A DNA stretch of 64,000 nt, from the NCBI GenBank assembly GCA_017443695.1, contig JAFSYF010000153.1, forward strand, positions 1,662 through 65,661. The letters run 5' to 3'. The stretch's first letter is position 1, and each line of letters starts with the position of its first letter. The position numbers and the translations under genes are program-made. Shown piece after piece: positions 7,278 to 17,269 of the stretch. The notes beneath the pieces were generated by a model that was not told where the DNA came from, ran no database searches, and saw only the letters and a program-made list of their open reading frames with translations. Source of the DNA: Butyrivibrio sp. GTDB taxonomy: Bacteria > Bacillota > Clostridia > Lachnospirales > Lachnospiraceae.

Positions 7278-8572
7278 AGCGTGAACTCCGCGTAATCACC
7301 GGCATCATCCGGCGCACCGCCGCCCTCCGGCCGGGGTTCCGACAGGGTCGTCCCCAACAGCTCCATGAAGGTGCGCGATGGCTGCTGCAGCCGGATATCC
7401 AGCAGCTCAATATAATCCCGGATCACCTCTCTCGGCGTGATGTGGCTGTCCGCGCCGACCCGCTCGTACTCCGCCCGGACAAACGCTGCCAACTCCTCAT
7501 CCGTCACCTGTGGCGCATAGTCATAGAGCACCCCGTGGATGTCCGACAGCTTCCCGCACAGCACCAGCATCTCCTCGGCGGACAGCGGCTCCAGCCGGAT
7601 CACCGGCGCCAGAAGATCTCTGGCCCCTTCTCTGGCGAAATGCCCCTCCGCAAGCCTGGAGCGCAGCGCCTCATAACTGTAGATCCCGCGCCGCCTGTCC
7701 TCCACGCACTGGGGTGTTCCGCTCATGATGACCCCAAGGTACTGCGCCTTGCCCTGCATGGCATCGTTATAGATCGTCAGGATCTTCTCATAATTATATT
7801 GTCTGGAGATGGCATTGGGGATCTTGTAGATATTGACCAGCTCATCGATCAGGATGAACAGCCCCTGATACCCGGCCTTACGCAGGAACCAGGCGAAGAG
7901 CTTGAGGTAGTCGTACCAGTCCTCGTCCGTGATGATGATGGGGATATTCAGATCTGCCCGGGCCTCCGCCCTGGTGGTATACTCCCCCCGCAGCCATTTC
8001 AGGACATGGGCGCGGGTCTCCTCGTCGCCCTCCCTGCCTGCGCGGTAGTACAGCCGCAGGAGTCTTGCGAAATCGAAGCCGTGCACCAACTCGTCCATCT
8101 GCGCGATCACGGCATCAATCCGCGCCTCCGTTTCCGCGGGAGATTGCTCTGCGGTCTCCAGCTGCACCGCACTGATCCACCGATCGAGGATCAGCGGCAG
8201 GGCACCGCCCTCCGGCCGTGTCTTTGTGGACATATTCCGGATGAGCTCCCGGTAGGTGGCCAGTCCCTGGCCCTTGGTCCCCTGGAGACGGCGCTCCGGC
8301 GACAGGTCGGCGTCCACCACCACGAACCCGCGGTCCATCACATGATTGCGGATGGTCTGCAGCAGGAAGCTCTTGCCGCTGCCATAACGCCCGACGATGA
8401 ACCGGAAGCTGGCACCCCCCTCCTCAATGAGGGACACATCGTGCAGCAGCGCGGAGATCTCCGCCTTCCTGCCCACCGTCACATAGGGCAGCCCCACCCG
8501 CGGCACGACACCGCCCTTCAACGAATTGATCACCGCGCCTGCCTGGCGTTTCGGAATCCTGCGTTCTTCCAT
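7274..8572 (-). CDS. DUF2791/BrxD-family P-loop ATPase
   Basis: 'SLKGGVVPRVGL...GR..EI', Walker A GRYGSGKS, Walker B 'LFILIDE'; start moved to MEERRIP with AAAGGAG SD. Confidence 0.8.
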   Translation of the reverse strand: MEERRIPKRQAGAVINSLKGGVVPRVGLPYVTVGRKAEISALLHDVSLIEEGGASFRFIVGRYGSGKSFLLQTIRNHVMDRGFVVVDADLSPERRLQGTKGQGLATYRELIRNMSTKTRPEGGALPLILDRWISAVQLETAEQSPAETEARIDAVIAQMDELVHGFDFARLLRLYYRAGREGDEETRAHVLKWLRGEYTTRAEARADLNIPIIITDEDWYDYLKLFAWFLRKAGYQGLFILIDELVNIYKIPNAISRQYNYEKILTIYNDAMQGKAQYLGVIMSGTPQCVEDRRRGIYSYEALRSRLAEGHFAREGARDLLAPVIRLEPLSAEEMLVLCGKLSDIHGVLYDYAPQVTDEELAAFVRAEYERVGADSHITPREVIRDYIELLDIRLQQPSRTFMELLGTTLSEPRPEGGGAPDDAGDYAEFTL

Positions 8573-8594
8573 GCACACTCCTTTGATTGGATTC

Positions 8595-10187
8595 TCACTC
8601 CGACAGCTTGACCACCAGGGTGTCCCCCACCCAGGCCACCGACCCCTGCTCCGGAAAACAGGGCATCGCCGCCACCGCCGGATCCTCTGCATCCACATCC
8701 GTAAAGCACATCGGCACATTCAGTACCTGCGTCAGATAGTGCTCCGGTGTGCCGCCATAGGGCATCAGCGATTTGCCCACCCCCAGGGGGTTGATCTCGT
8801 CATAGAAGGACAGGCGCGCCAGATGCGGGGAGGACTCAAAAATCCCGGCGAAGGCCACCGGCGTCTGCCCCGGCTTGTATCTCGGCATCTGCTCCGCCGT
8901 CACCGCAATCCGGGTCAGCATGGAGGCAGCCGCATGGTCGTACAGATCCAGCTTCAGATAGAACTGGTTGGCGTAAATGATCTGGGACCACAGGACGGGG
9001 ATCAGCAAAAAGCCGCTCACCCATCGCACCTTAAGCCCCTCTAACCCCCGGATCGCCGCCACATACAGGAGGATGAAGGCATAGAGCATCAGGCTGTGCT
9101 CCATCCCCTTGGTAAGAAGCAGGATCAGGTTGCAGGCAAAAGGAAACAGCACCAGGCATACCACTGCCACGAGCTGCCGCCGGATGCGTTTATCACCTTT
9201 TCGTCCGCCCAAGACCACATAGGCACACAGGGAGGCGACCGCCGCCAGGTGACAAATCCGCAACAGCCACAGCCAGACGATGCTCAGGGACTGTCCGTGA
9301 TAGGAATAGGTGACGAAGACCTCCGGCTGTACGAAGAATACCGCAAAGCGCCGCAGAGTCTCTGTCAGGAGCGCCGGAACGGAGGTCCCGCCATAGTCCC
9401 CCAGGGAGGCCATCCCGTTGTATCCATCCGCGGTCCAGATATGGAGCACGCGCTGCGCGGCTTTCCATATGCCATAATAGACCCCGCCCCCCAGCAGGAA
9501 CGGCACAGCCATGAAGAGGATCTGCCGGAGCCGTACACGCCCCCCGGGCAATGCCACCTTCTCCGGTGCCTCCATTGCGGTGAACAGCCATTTCAGCAGG
9601 AGGAGAGCCAGCGTCACGCAGATATAGGCCTGATAGATCCCGACAGACAGGGCGATGCATACCGCTGCCAGTAGGAGACGGCGTAGCCGGATGCCCGTCT
9701 GCACCTGCCCCGCCGCACCCTGCCAGACGAGGATGGCCGCACCGACCGCGAGACACAGCGCCAGCATGTAGTAATCGGAGATGAACAGATACGCGCCGTT
9801 GGTGGTGGTCAGTATCACGTTGCAGACACAGACACCGGATGTTGACACCACCCCCAGACGTCTGCGGATCTCCAGGAAGCCCGTCATTAGCCACACGCTG
9901 AGTCCGATCCACCAGGCCGCCAGGAGTCCGATCAGAAAGGGCGTCTCCAGACCGCCACGCAGGAGTACCAGGAGTGGATGCACGATCCGTCCCAGCGCCA
10001 CCTCCCAGGCGGCATCATCCTTATAGATCATCAGGAGCCCGTCCCCGGCGAAGGCCGCGTGGGACAGCCGGTATCCGTGGGCCGCCAGGTAGAAGGCAAT
10101 CGTACTCACAATCGCCCACCGGAACCGCTCTGCGCCATCCCGCCATTCTTTTTGCCAGAAAGAAACGAATGCGCCCATACGCCCCAT
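8595..10187 (-). CDS. GtrII-like (glucosyltransferase II domain) polytopic membrane glycosyltransferase
   Basis: 'WEVALGR', 'LSVGIYQAYI', C-terminal 'MPCFPEQGSVAWVGDTLVVKLS'; TGATG coupling with upstream gene. Confidence 0.75.
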   Translation of the reverse strand: MGRMGAFVSFWQKEWRDGAERFRWAIVSTIAFYLAAHGYRLSHAAFAGDGLLMIYKDDAAWEVALGRIVHPLLVLLRGGLETPFLIGLLAAWWIGLSVWLMTGFLEIRRRLGVVSTSGVCVCNVILTTTNGAYLFISDYYMLALCLAVGAAILVWQGAAGQVQTGIRLRRLLLAAVCIALSVGIYQAYICVTLALLLLKWLFTAMEAPEKVALPGGRVRLRQILFMAVPFLLGGGVYYGIWKAAQRVLHIWTADGYNGMASLGDYGGTSVPALLTETLRRFAVFFVQPEVFVTYSYHGQSLSIVWLWLLRICHLAAVASLCAYVVLGGRKGDKRIRRQLVAVVCLVLFPFACNLILLLTKGMEHSLMLYAFILLYVAAIRGLEGLKVRWVSGFLLIPVLWSQIIYANQFYLKLDLYDHAAASMLTRIAVTAEQMPRYKPGQTPVAFAGIFESSPHLARLSFYDEINPLGVGKSLMPYGGTPEHYLTQVLNVPMCFTDVDAEDPAVAAMPCFPEQGSVAWVGDTLVVKLSE

Positions 10188-10885
10188 CAACCTCCCGATG
10201 CCGCCTTCTGCACCCCGTGTTTCACCGCCTCTGATAACAGAATCCTGCAGCTCTGCCACAGCCCGGCCAGCACCGTCAGCAGCCCGCCGACAGGAACCCC
10301 CAGGATGTAGAGTGCCAGCAACAGGATGGCCAGCCCCTCCACCGCGCCGATGATCCCCCCGAGGAACCGGTCCAGTCCCCCTACCACAGGGACATCCTGT
10401 ACAAAATCGAAGAACCCGCGCAGGAAACGGATGACCCGGATGGCAAGGGTCAGGAAGAACAGCCGGATCAGAATGGAGGGCAACAGCTTCAGAAAGCCCG
10501 TCAGACTCGGAATATAGGACCAGAGGCCCTCCACGCTGGAAGGAAACAGGGTCTCATCCCCCACCAGGAGCGCCGTCAGCGTCGGCACCTCCCAGGGGAT
10601 CAGGAGCAGCACCCACTGCAGGAGCCGTACGCCGAGATAGATACAAATAAAAGACAGGACCAGCGCCGCCATGTGCAGGAGCTCATAGACCATGCCCTTC
10701 CTGACACCGTGGACAATCCGCCACAACATCAGCACCAGCGCGATCCCGAGGATGGTCACCGTCCGTTCGTTGAACAGGAGGTCGGAGTGGATCACCTCCC
10801 CTGCGATCTCAGAGAGCTCCTCCGTGAGATCAGAGGCGCCCGATGCCATGTTCTGCATCGCCTGTGCACCTGTAAAGAACATCAC
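10187..10885 (-). CDS. CvpA (colicin V production) family membrane protein
   Basis: 'G.RKGMVYEL' and 'LDRFLGGIIGAVEG' motifs, several TMs. Confidence 0.7.
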   Translation of the reverse strand: MMFFTGAQAMQNMASGASDLTEELSEIAGEVIHSDLLFNERTVTILGIALVLMLWRIVHGVRKGMVYELLHMAALVLSFICIYLGVRLLQWVLLLIPWEVPTLTALLVGDETLFPSSVEGLWSYIPSLTGFLKLLPSILIRLFFLTLAIRVIRFLRGFFDFVQDVPVVGGLDRFLGGIIGAVEGLAILLLALYILGVPVGGLLTVLAGLWQSCRILLSEAVKHGVQKAASGG

Positions 10886-12183
10886 CGCAGCTCCATGGTC
10901 TGGATCTCCGAGCCGGTCACCAGGATGTATCTGCTGCGCATGGAGGTCGGAATCATGGCCCGCACCCCCTGGGGGAAGGTCCCCGCGAATTTGTCATTGC
11001 CGGCAAAATCGCTGATCAGGAACTCGTTCTCATTATAGATGGTGATCTGGTCATCATCGAAGAGAATCTCGGAATAATCCATGTCAAAGGAGCGCGTCAG
11101 GATCAGCGTACCGCTTGTATTATAGACCTGGAGCTTGTAGCCCGCGCCATCCTCCCCGCCGCTGTACACCAGCCCGACATACTGCTCATTGCTGTAGACG
11201 GACCGGACCTCCTCTTCTCCGGTGAAGCGTTCGGTCTGGCTCGTTGGCACCTCGCTTCCGGCATAGAACATGATCCGCTTGTTGGTCAGTGCGAATGCCG
11301 CCTTGTCATTCATGAACTGAACAAGGGGGGCGACCTCCCCGGGATAGTCATAGCCGCTGGCATAGTTGTCCGTGGCGTTCTGACCCACCGCCCCGAAGTT
11401 GAAGAATGCCACACTGGTCTTGACATCTCCGCCCTCCGGATAGAGATAGGAGACACACACCAGCTCCCCGCTGGGAGAGATGGACACGGAGATCGGGTAA
11501 CCACTGTCCTTCATGGTGGTCTTGAAGCTGGCCAGCGCCTGTCCCTTGGCATCATAGAGATAGATCCAGGTCACATCCTGACCATCCAGCACGGCACCCA
11601 CCACACCCTGTGCGGAGACACAGAAATCCCGGATGGGGAGGTTCGTGTCGATCTGCCCCAGCGGCCCCTCCGTCCCGGCCACATAGATGTGGTGCCCGTT
11701 GTAATCGCCGATGGCCACCACGCCGCGACAGATGCGGGCAATCGGGTTCTGCATCTCATAGGTCTGGTTCCAGAGCGGATCGCCATCCGCGTTCAGCAGA
11801 CGCACACCATCCTTACTGTACTGCAGGATATCTGATTTCAGTCTCGTGCTGGTCGTCCCCGCGGAATCCGCAAGGTGCACACTCTTTGTGATCTGGATCT
11901 CCTCAAAATGCCGGTCTCTCCAGCTGAAATAGATCGCGATAACCGCCGCGATGATGAGTGCGCAGATCAGGACCCGCCGCAAGAATACAATAATCCTGTG
12001 CGTACGGATCCTGTCCTGATAGGAGCGGCCGTCAGACTGTGGAGCCGTCCTCTCCTCTGCTTCGTAGGACGGGACAACGGAGAACTGCGGCTCTGTATCC
12101 ACCTCGGGTATCTGTGCCCGGCGTCCCTTGCGTTTCCTGCCCCCCCGCGCCTTATATGAATTGAAATCCCTGACTTCTGCCAT
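10882..12183 (-). CDS. membrane-anchored beta-propeller-like protein (DUF5711-like)
   Basis: N-terminal TM, then 'YSKDG...LWNQTYEMQNP' repeated beta-strand pattern. Confidence 0.65.
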   Translation of the reverse strand: MAEVRDFNSYKARGGRKRKGRRAQIPEVDTEPQFSVVPSYEAEERTAPQSDGRSYQDRIRTHRIIVFLRRVLICALIIAAVIAIYFSWRDRHFEEIQITKSVHLADSAGTTSTRLKSDILQYSKDGVRLLNADGDPLWNQTYEMQNPIARICRGVVAIGDYNGHHIYVAGTEGPLGQIDTNLPIRDFCVSAQGVVGAVLDGQDVTWIYLYDAKGQALASFKTTMKDSGYPISVSISPSGELVCVSYLYPEGGDVKTSVAFFNFGAVGQNATDNYASGYDYPGEVAPLVQFMNDKAAFALTNKRIMFYAGSEVPTSQTERFTGEEEVRSVYSNEQYVGLVYSGGEDGAGYKLQVYNTSGTLILTRSFDMDYSEILFDDDQITIYNENEFLISDFAGNDKFAGTFPQGVRAMIPTSMRSRYILVTGSEIQTMELR

Positions 12184-12189
12184 TCCCTG

Positions 12190-13239
12190 TTACTGTACCG
12201 AGAAACGATACTGCGTCACGCTGTCATAATCCTTCTCCGGGCCATAGATGCAGTCCGGAAATGCCGGCTCATTGATGGAGTTCGGCGGCACCTGGGTCTC
12301 CAGGCAGAAGCCCTCCCGGCGCTTGTAGCTGCGGCCGCCCTTCGTGCCCTCCGTTTTCAGGAAATTGCCGGAATAGAACTGGAAGGCCGGCAGATCCGTG
12401 GCACAGGTCATCACAATCCCCGTGGCGGGATGGGAGACCACCGCAAAGGTCCGGAGGGTACCGTCTGCGCCGTCGATGCAGAAGTTATGGTCATAGCCGG
12501 AAACCAGATGGAGCTGCTCCTCATCCGCTTCGATATCGCGTCCCATGGGTTTCGCGGTAGTGAAGTCCAGCGCTGTGCCCGACACATCGGCGATCTCACC
12601 GGTCGGAACGGAGTCCGCGCGCACCGGCGTGTACTTCGATGCCATGAACTGCGCCACATGATCCCCGATGTAGCCTGCTGCCTCCCCCGCCAGATGGAAA
12701 TAGGAGTGGTTGGTGATATTCATGTAGGTCCTTCTGTCGCTGGTTCCGTGATACCTAAGCTCCAGGGCATTGTCCTCTGTCACTGTGTAGGTGATGGTAA
12801 AGACTCTGTTGCCGGGAAAACCGATGGCCCCGTCCGCATCTTCCGTCCGCAGGGTGATCCGGTTCTCCGCCTCCTCCGTGACCGCCCAGACCCGTCTGTG
12901 GAAGCCCAGCTTGTCGTCCGTGTGGAGATTGTTGTCGTTCTCATTGACCGGCAGATGATAGGTCACCCCGTCGATGACGTACTGTGCTTTCGCCACCCGG
13001 TTGGCGGCAGGACCAATGGCCGCGCCGAGGAAACAGGAGGCGCCGGTGTAGCCCTCATAACCGTCATAGCCAAGTGCCACGTCCACAGGCTTGCCATCCC
13101 GGTCCGGGACGAAGAGATTGCGGATCACGCCGCCATAGTTCAGGATGACCGCCTCCACCCCGTGTGTGTTCTTCAGATGGTAGGCCCATACCTCCGATCC
13201 ATCCGGGAGTTTCCCGAGAGCTTCCTTCATAACGCCCAT
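12190..13239 (-). CDS. galM: aldose 1-epimerase (galactose mutarotase)
   Basis: 'ANRV', 'NNLH', 'GFPGN', 'TNHSYF', 'GYDHNF', 'GFCLETQ' motifs. Confidence 0.92.
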   Translation of the reverse strand: MGVMKEALGKLPDGSEVWAYHLKNTHGVEAVILNYGGVIRNLFVPDRDGKPVDVALGYDGYEGYTGASCFLGAAIGPAANRVAKAQYVIDGVTYHLPVNENDNNLHTDDKLGFHRRVWAVTEEAENRITLRTEDADGAIGFPGNRVFTITYTVTEDNALELRYHGTSDRRTYMNITNHSYFHLAGEAAGYIGDHVAQFMASKYTPVRADSVPTGEIADVSGTALDFTTAKPMGRDIEADEEQLHLVSGYDHNFCIDGADGTLRTFAVVSHPATGIVMTCATDLPAFQFYSGNFLKTEGTKGGRSYKRREGFCLETQVPPNSINEPAFPDCIYGPEKDYDSVTQYRFSVQ

Positions 13240-13259
13240 TGCTTTTCCCTCCTTTTTAT

Positions 13260-13859
13260 TCAAATCTCCGTGCGGCCATCCAGGGCCCGCAGGAGTGTCA
13301 CCTCATCAATGTATTCCAGATCCCCGCCCACCGGTACGCCGCTGGCGATGCGCGTACAGCGGATGCCCGTGGGCTTGACCAGCTTGCTGACATACATGGC
13401 GGTGGTCTCTCCCTCCAGAGAGGAGCCCGTCGCCAGGATCACCTCCCGGATCTCCTCCTTCTCCAGCCGCTCCATCAACTCCTTCAGCCGGATGTCCCCC
13501 GGTCCGATGCCCAGCATGGGCGAGATCGCGCCATGCAGCACATGGTAGACCCCCTCGTACCGGCCGGTCCGTTCATAGGCCGCCAGATCCCTGGCGGTCT
13601 CCACCACCATGATGGTGCCATGATCGCGATTCCCGTTGGCACAGATCGGGCAGAGCACATCATCGGTGAAAGTCTGACACGACTGGCAGTAGCACACATG
13701 CTCCCTGGCATCGGTCAGCGCTTTGGCCAGACGTTCCACCCGGGACTGGGGCATGCCGATGATATGGAAGGCCAGGCGCCCCGCCGTCTTCTCGCCGATG
13801 CCGGGCAGCCCCGCCAGCTCCTCCACCAGCCGGTTGATATGGCCGCTGTACAGTTCCAT
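13260..13859 (-). CDS. recR: recombination mediator RecR
   Basis: 'LPGIGEKTA.RLA', C4 zinc finger, 'YHVLHGAISP', 'LEYIDEVTL'. Confidence 0.97.
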   Translation of the reverse strand: MELYSGHINRLVEELAGLPGIGEKTAGRLAFHIIGMPQSRVERLAKALTDAREHVCYCQSCQTFTDDVLCPICANGNRDHGTIMVVETARDLAAYERTGRYEGVYHVLHGAISPMLGIGPGDIRLKELMERLEKEEIREVILATGSSLEGETTAMYVSKLVKPTGIRCTRIASGVPVGGDLEYIDEVTLLRALDGRTEI

Positions 13860-14222
13860 TTAGAAAGGCAATCCCCCCAGACCACCCATGGCGCCGCCCA
13901 GGCCGCCGGTCATCTTGTCGATCATCTCCCCGTTGGCCGTATCCACCTGGCCCAGGGCCTCATTCACCGCTGCCAGGATCATGTCCTGGAGCATCTCCAC
14001 ATCCTCCGGGTCCACGGCTTCAGGGTCAATGACGATGGATTTCAGTGTTTTATTGCCCAGTACCACAGCCTCTACGGCACCGCCGCCGGCCCTGGCCGTG
14101 AACTCCTTGGTCTCCATCTCCTTCTGGTTCTCTTCCATCTGACGCTGCATGCGCTGTGCCTGCTTCATCAGATTGTTCATGTTTCCGGGCATGCCCCCCG
14201 GAAAACCGCCTCTCTTCGCCAT
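13860..14222 (-). CDS. ybaB: YbaB/EbfC nucleoid-associated protein
   Basis: 'LMKQAQRMQ', 'AGGGAV', 'DPEDVEMLQDMILAAVN'; lies between dnaX and recR. Confidence 0.95.
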   Translation of the reverse strand: MAKRGGFPGGMPGNMNNLMKQAQRMQRQMEENQKEMETKEFTARAGGGAVEAVVLGNKTLKSIVIDPEAVDPEDVEMLQDMILAAVNEALGQVDTANGEMIDKMTGGLGGAMGGLGGLPF

Positions 14223-14246
14223 CTGGCTCCACCTCCATCTATTATT

Positions 14247-15878
14247 TCAGTCTATATCATCCGGATCGAAATCCTCTTCCTCGATGTCCATATCCGTCCC
14301 CAGAACCGTCCGCAGATCCGGGTAGTGCCGCTCTCTCTCCTGACGTGCCGAGAGCCTGAGCTCAAAGGGCACCCGCTTGCCGGTCTGTTCCGAGAGGAAC
14401 CGGTCAAGCTCCGCCTGGGAATCCTCCCGCTTCATCATATCATAGCCAGCCGGGTTATCAAGCACGATCAGGAGCTGACGGTCCTGATCCAGCGACAGCA
14501 GGGCACCGTTCAGGCAGTGGCGCATCGTCACATCCATCTTCTGCAGGAGAGCGGGCCATTCCTGCACGATCTGACGCACATCCTCCGGAACCGCCTCCGG
14601 CAGGATACGGGGCGCCGGCGCGGGTGCTTCTGCTGCCTGCACCGGTGGTACAGCGTGATCCGCCGGTGTCTGAGTGACCCCCAGCGACCCTGACTCCCAC
14701 GCACGGAGCAGTTCTCCCGTCCGGCCGTCATGTGCCTCCAGGATCCGGAGTCTGTCCCGCAGGGCGGCCTCATCCCTGTCCGTCTGCGGCTTGCACAGTC
14801 GGATCAGGGCGGTTTCCACCAGGATCCGCTTCTGTACCGCCTGTCTTAAGTCCGCCAGTAGTCCCGAACAGATGTGGATGTAGCGCAGAATGGTGTCGAG
14901 ATCGGCCTGCGCCGCCTGTGCCCGCAGCTGCTCCAGGTTCTCCGCCGACATATCGATGGCGTCCGCTCCGCGTGGAGAGGCGCTCACCAGCATCAGATCC
15001 CGCAGGTACCAGACGAAATCGCTGACGAACTGGGTCAGATCCCGTCCCTGGGAGACCTGGTCCGAGACGAGCTGCAGTACCTCCGTCACCTCCTGATGTG
15101 AGATCCGTTCAAACAGTGTATGGAATACCGTGGCATCCACCGCCCCCAGTACATCCAGCACCCTGTCAAAGGTCAGGGTCTCCCCGTAATGGAAGGCGAT
15201 GCACTGATCCAGGAGGCTCAGGCTGTCCCGCATGGAGCCGTCCGCCTTGCGGGCGATATAGGAGAGGGCCCGGTCCTCCGCGTCGACCGCCTCCCTGCTA
15301 CAGACCTCGCGGAGCCGTTCAACGATGGTCTCTGCGTCGATCCGGCGGAAATCATAGCGCTGGCACCGGGAGAGGATCGTGATGGGTACCTTCTGCACAT
15401 CCGTCGTCGCCAGGATGAAGATGCAGTAGGACGGCGGCTCCTCCAGTGTCTTTAAGAGTGCGTTGAAGGCGCTGGTGGTGATCATATGCGCCTCATCGAT
15501 GATATAGACCTTGTAACGCCCCACCGTGGGGGAATAGGAGACTTCCTCAATGATCTCCCGGATGTTCTCCACGCCGTTGTTGGACGCAGCGTCAATCTCC
15601 ACAATGGTTCCCAGTCCCTGGGCGGATTCGATGGCACGGCAGGTGTCGCAGTTCCCGCAGGGATTGCCGTCTTTGGGGTGCTCACAGTTCACGGCCCTGG
15701 CCAGAATCCGGGCGACAGAAGTCTTGCCGGTGCCGCGGGTACCGGTGAACAGATAGGCATGACCGATCCGCTCCGCGCGGATCTGGTTCTTCAGTGTCGT
15801 CACAATATGATCCTGCCCCCGGACATCGTCAAATGTCGGGGGGCGGAATTTGCGGTAAAGCGCAATATAGTCACTCAT
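14247..15878 (-). CDS. dnaX: DNA polymerase III subunit gamma/tau
   Basis: 'LYRKFRP.TF', GTRGTGKTS, 'EIDAASNNGV', 'IIDEAHM', 'TILSRCQR'. Confidence 0.97.
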   Translation of the reverse strand: MSDYIALYRKFRPPTFDDVRGQDHIVTTLKNQIRAERIGHAYLFTGTRGTGKTSVARILARAVNCEHPKDGNPCGNCDTCRAIESAQGLGTIVEIDAASNNGVENIREIIEEVSYSPTVGRYKVYIIDEAHMITTSAFNALLKTLEEPPSYCIFILATTDVQKVPITILSRCQRYDFRRIDAETIVERLREVCSREAVDAEDRALSYIARKADGSMRDSLSLLDQCIAFHYGETLTFDRVLDVLGAVDATVFHTLFERISHQEVTEVLQLVSDQVSQGRDLTQFVSDFVWYLRDLMLVSASPRGADAIDMSAENLEQLRAQAAQADLDTILRYIHICSGLLADLRQAVQKRILVETALIRLCKPQTDRDEAALRDRLRILEAHDGRTGELLRAWESGSLGVTQTPADHAVPPVQAAEAPAPAPRILPEAVPEDVRQIVQEWPALLQKMDVTMRHCLNGALLSLDQDRQLLIVLDNPAGYDMMKREDSQAELDRFLSEQTGKRVPFELRLSARQERERHYPDLRTVLGTDMDIEEEDFDPDDID

Positions 15879-15900
15879 TATAATCTACTCTGCCGGAGGA

Positions 15901-16974
15901 CTAGTCACCAAAGCTGATGCCCAGCATCTTGGCTTCCTTGATGATCGTGGCATCCGGCGATACATATTTCAGCTTGCCTGCCACCTCCGAGAGCGGCACC
16001 TTGACGATCTCACGGTTCTTGTAGGCCACCATGAAGCCGTATTCCCGCTTCAGAATGAGCTTGCCGGCCTCTGCCCCCAGACGGCTGGCAAACACGCGAT
16101 CGTAGGGATCCGGCGCACCGCCGCGCTGCATGTGTCCGGGCACCGTGACACGGACCTCCCGTCCGGTTTTCTTCAGGATCTTGTCCGCAATGGCATAGGA
16201 CACGGAGGAGTAAGGCGACTTGGCCAGCTTCTCCTCGTATTCCTTCTTGGAGAGCTTGGCGTCCTTCTTGCTGATGGCACCCTCGGCCACTGCCATGATG
16301 GTGAAGCGGGAACCCCTCTTCTCACGGGCCTCGATGGCCTCCACGACCTTGTCGATGTCATAGGGAATCTCCGGAATCAGAATGATGTCCGCGCCGCTGG
16401 CCATACCGGCATTCAGCGTCAGCCACCCCACCCTGTGGCCCATCACCTCCACGATGAAGACGCGGCCATGGGAGTCCGCTGTCGTGTGGATGTTATCAAT
16501 GGCATTGGTGGCCACATCCACGGCGCTCTGGAAACCAAAGTTCATATCCGTCCCCCACAGATCATTGTCGATGGTCTTCGGCAGGGAGACGATATGGAGT
16601 CCCTCCTCTGAAAGGAGATTGGCCGTCTTCTGGGAGCCGTTGCCCCCCAGCACCACCAGGACATCCAGCTGCAGCTTGTAGTAGTTCTGCTTCATGGCCT
16701 CCACCTTGTCCAGCCCGTTCTCATCAGGCTCGCGGATGGTCTTGAAGGGTGTGCGGGAGCTGCCCAGGATCGTGCCGCCCCGTGTGAGGATACCGGAGAA
16801 ATCTTCGCTCGTCAGCATCCGGAAGTTGGAGTAGATGAGCCCCTTGTAGCCGTTCAGGAAACCATAGAACTCCACCTGCTCCCCGCTGTGAGAGATACAC
16901 TTCACAACGCCACGCATGGCCGCATTCAATGCCTGGCAGTCACCACCGCTGGTCAACATCCCGATCCTCATCAT
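15901..16974 (-). CDS. pfkA: 6-phosphofructokinase (PfkA family)
   Basis: 'LTSGGD', 'GGTILGSSR', 'PKTIDND', 'VEVMG', 'GHMQRGG'. Confidence 0.93.
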   Translation of the reverse strand: MMRIGMLTSGGDCQALNAAMRGVVKCISHSGEQVEFYGFLNGYKGLIYSNFRMLTSEDFSGILTRGGTILGSSRTPFKTIREPDENGLDKVEAMKQNYYKLQLDVLVVLGGNGSQKTANLLSEEGLHIVSLPKTIDNDLWGTDMNFGFQSAVDVATNAIDNIHTTADSHGRVFIVEVMGHRVGWLTLNAGMASGADIILIPEIPYDIDKVVEAIEAREKRGSRFTIMAVAEGAISKKDAKLSKKEYEEKLAKSPYSSVSYAIADKILKKTGREVRVTVPGHMQRGGAPDPYDRVFASRLGAEAGKLILKREYGFMVAYKNREIVKVPLSEVAGKLKYVSPDATIIKEAKMLGISFGD

Positions 16975-17101
16975 AAGACTGGCCCTCCTTTGAACTATAC
17001 GCCTCTTGCCCTGTATCCGGCTAACATTGTCTGTTGTCCGGCACAAACCCCACCAGACAAAACCACTTTTATCTTACTATATTTATATGGATAAGTCCAG
17101 C

Positions 17102-17130
17102 TTGACGGGCTATGCCCGCCATGCTATGAT
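17102..17130 (+). promoter_or_regulatory. sigmaA promoter upstream of tRNA-Ser
   Basis: TTGACG-N17-TATGAT with TG extension. Confidence 0.7.
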
Positions 17131-17135
17131 ACTCG

Positions 17136-17265
17136 GTGTTACTGTTCAGTACGCAGCCAGTACTGTGCCGGTCGAGCTCCGTCAGCGCCCCGCGAGGGGG
17201 ACCGCGAGCTTGCGTCGAGCGCGAGCGGACACCTGCTGGGTGCTGACGGAGCCGAACAGTGACAC
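17136..17265 (+). repeat. 130-nt nested-hairpin element (REP-like repeat or structured leader RNA) between promoter and tRNA
   Basis: closing stem GTGTTACTGTTC/GAACAGTGACAC; 15-bp stem GCTCCGTCAGCGCCC/GGGTGCTGACGGAGC; side hairpin CAGTAC/GTACTG. Confidence 0.6.
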
Positions 17266-17269
17266 TTAC

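Noticed and set aside
7274-8719. Extended N-termini in the ORF track (e.g. 8719, 10259, 17046, 17309, 23863, 28246, 32304, 33720, 51494)
   Set aside because: They overlap neighbouring genes, promoters or the tRNA; downstream starts with SD, coupling or promoter support fit family N-termini better
13239-14693. 484-aa plus-strand ORF and similar long antisense ORFs (7442-8611, 12430-13548, 35534-37207, 51215-52420, 56640-58019, 60023-61114)
   Set aside because: Shadow frames opposite well-supported genes, expected in high-GC coding DNA; no SD or recognisable motifs
14247-15878. Programmed frameshift in dnaX
   Set aside because: No A-AAA-AAG or long A-run slippery site seen
17136-17265. SRP RNA (often near dnaX), 6S RNA or Trp T-box
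   Set aside because: No SRP helix-8 CAGG..GGAA..AGCAG motif on either strand, no T-box UGGNACC/antiterminator, and too short and fully paired for 6S
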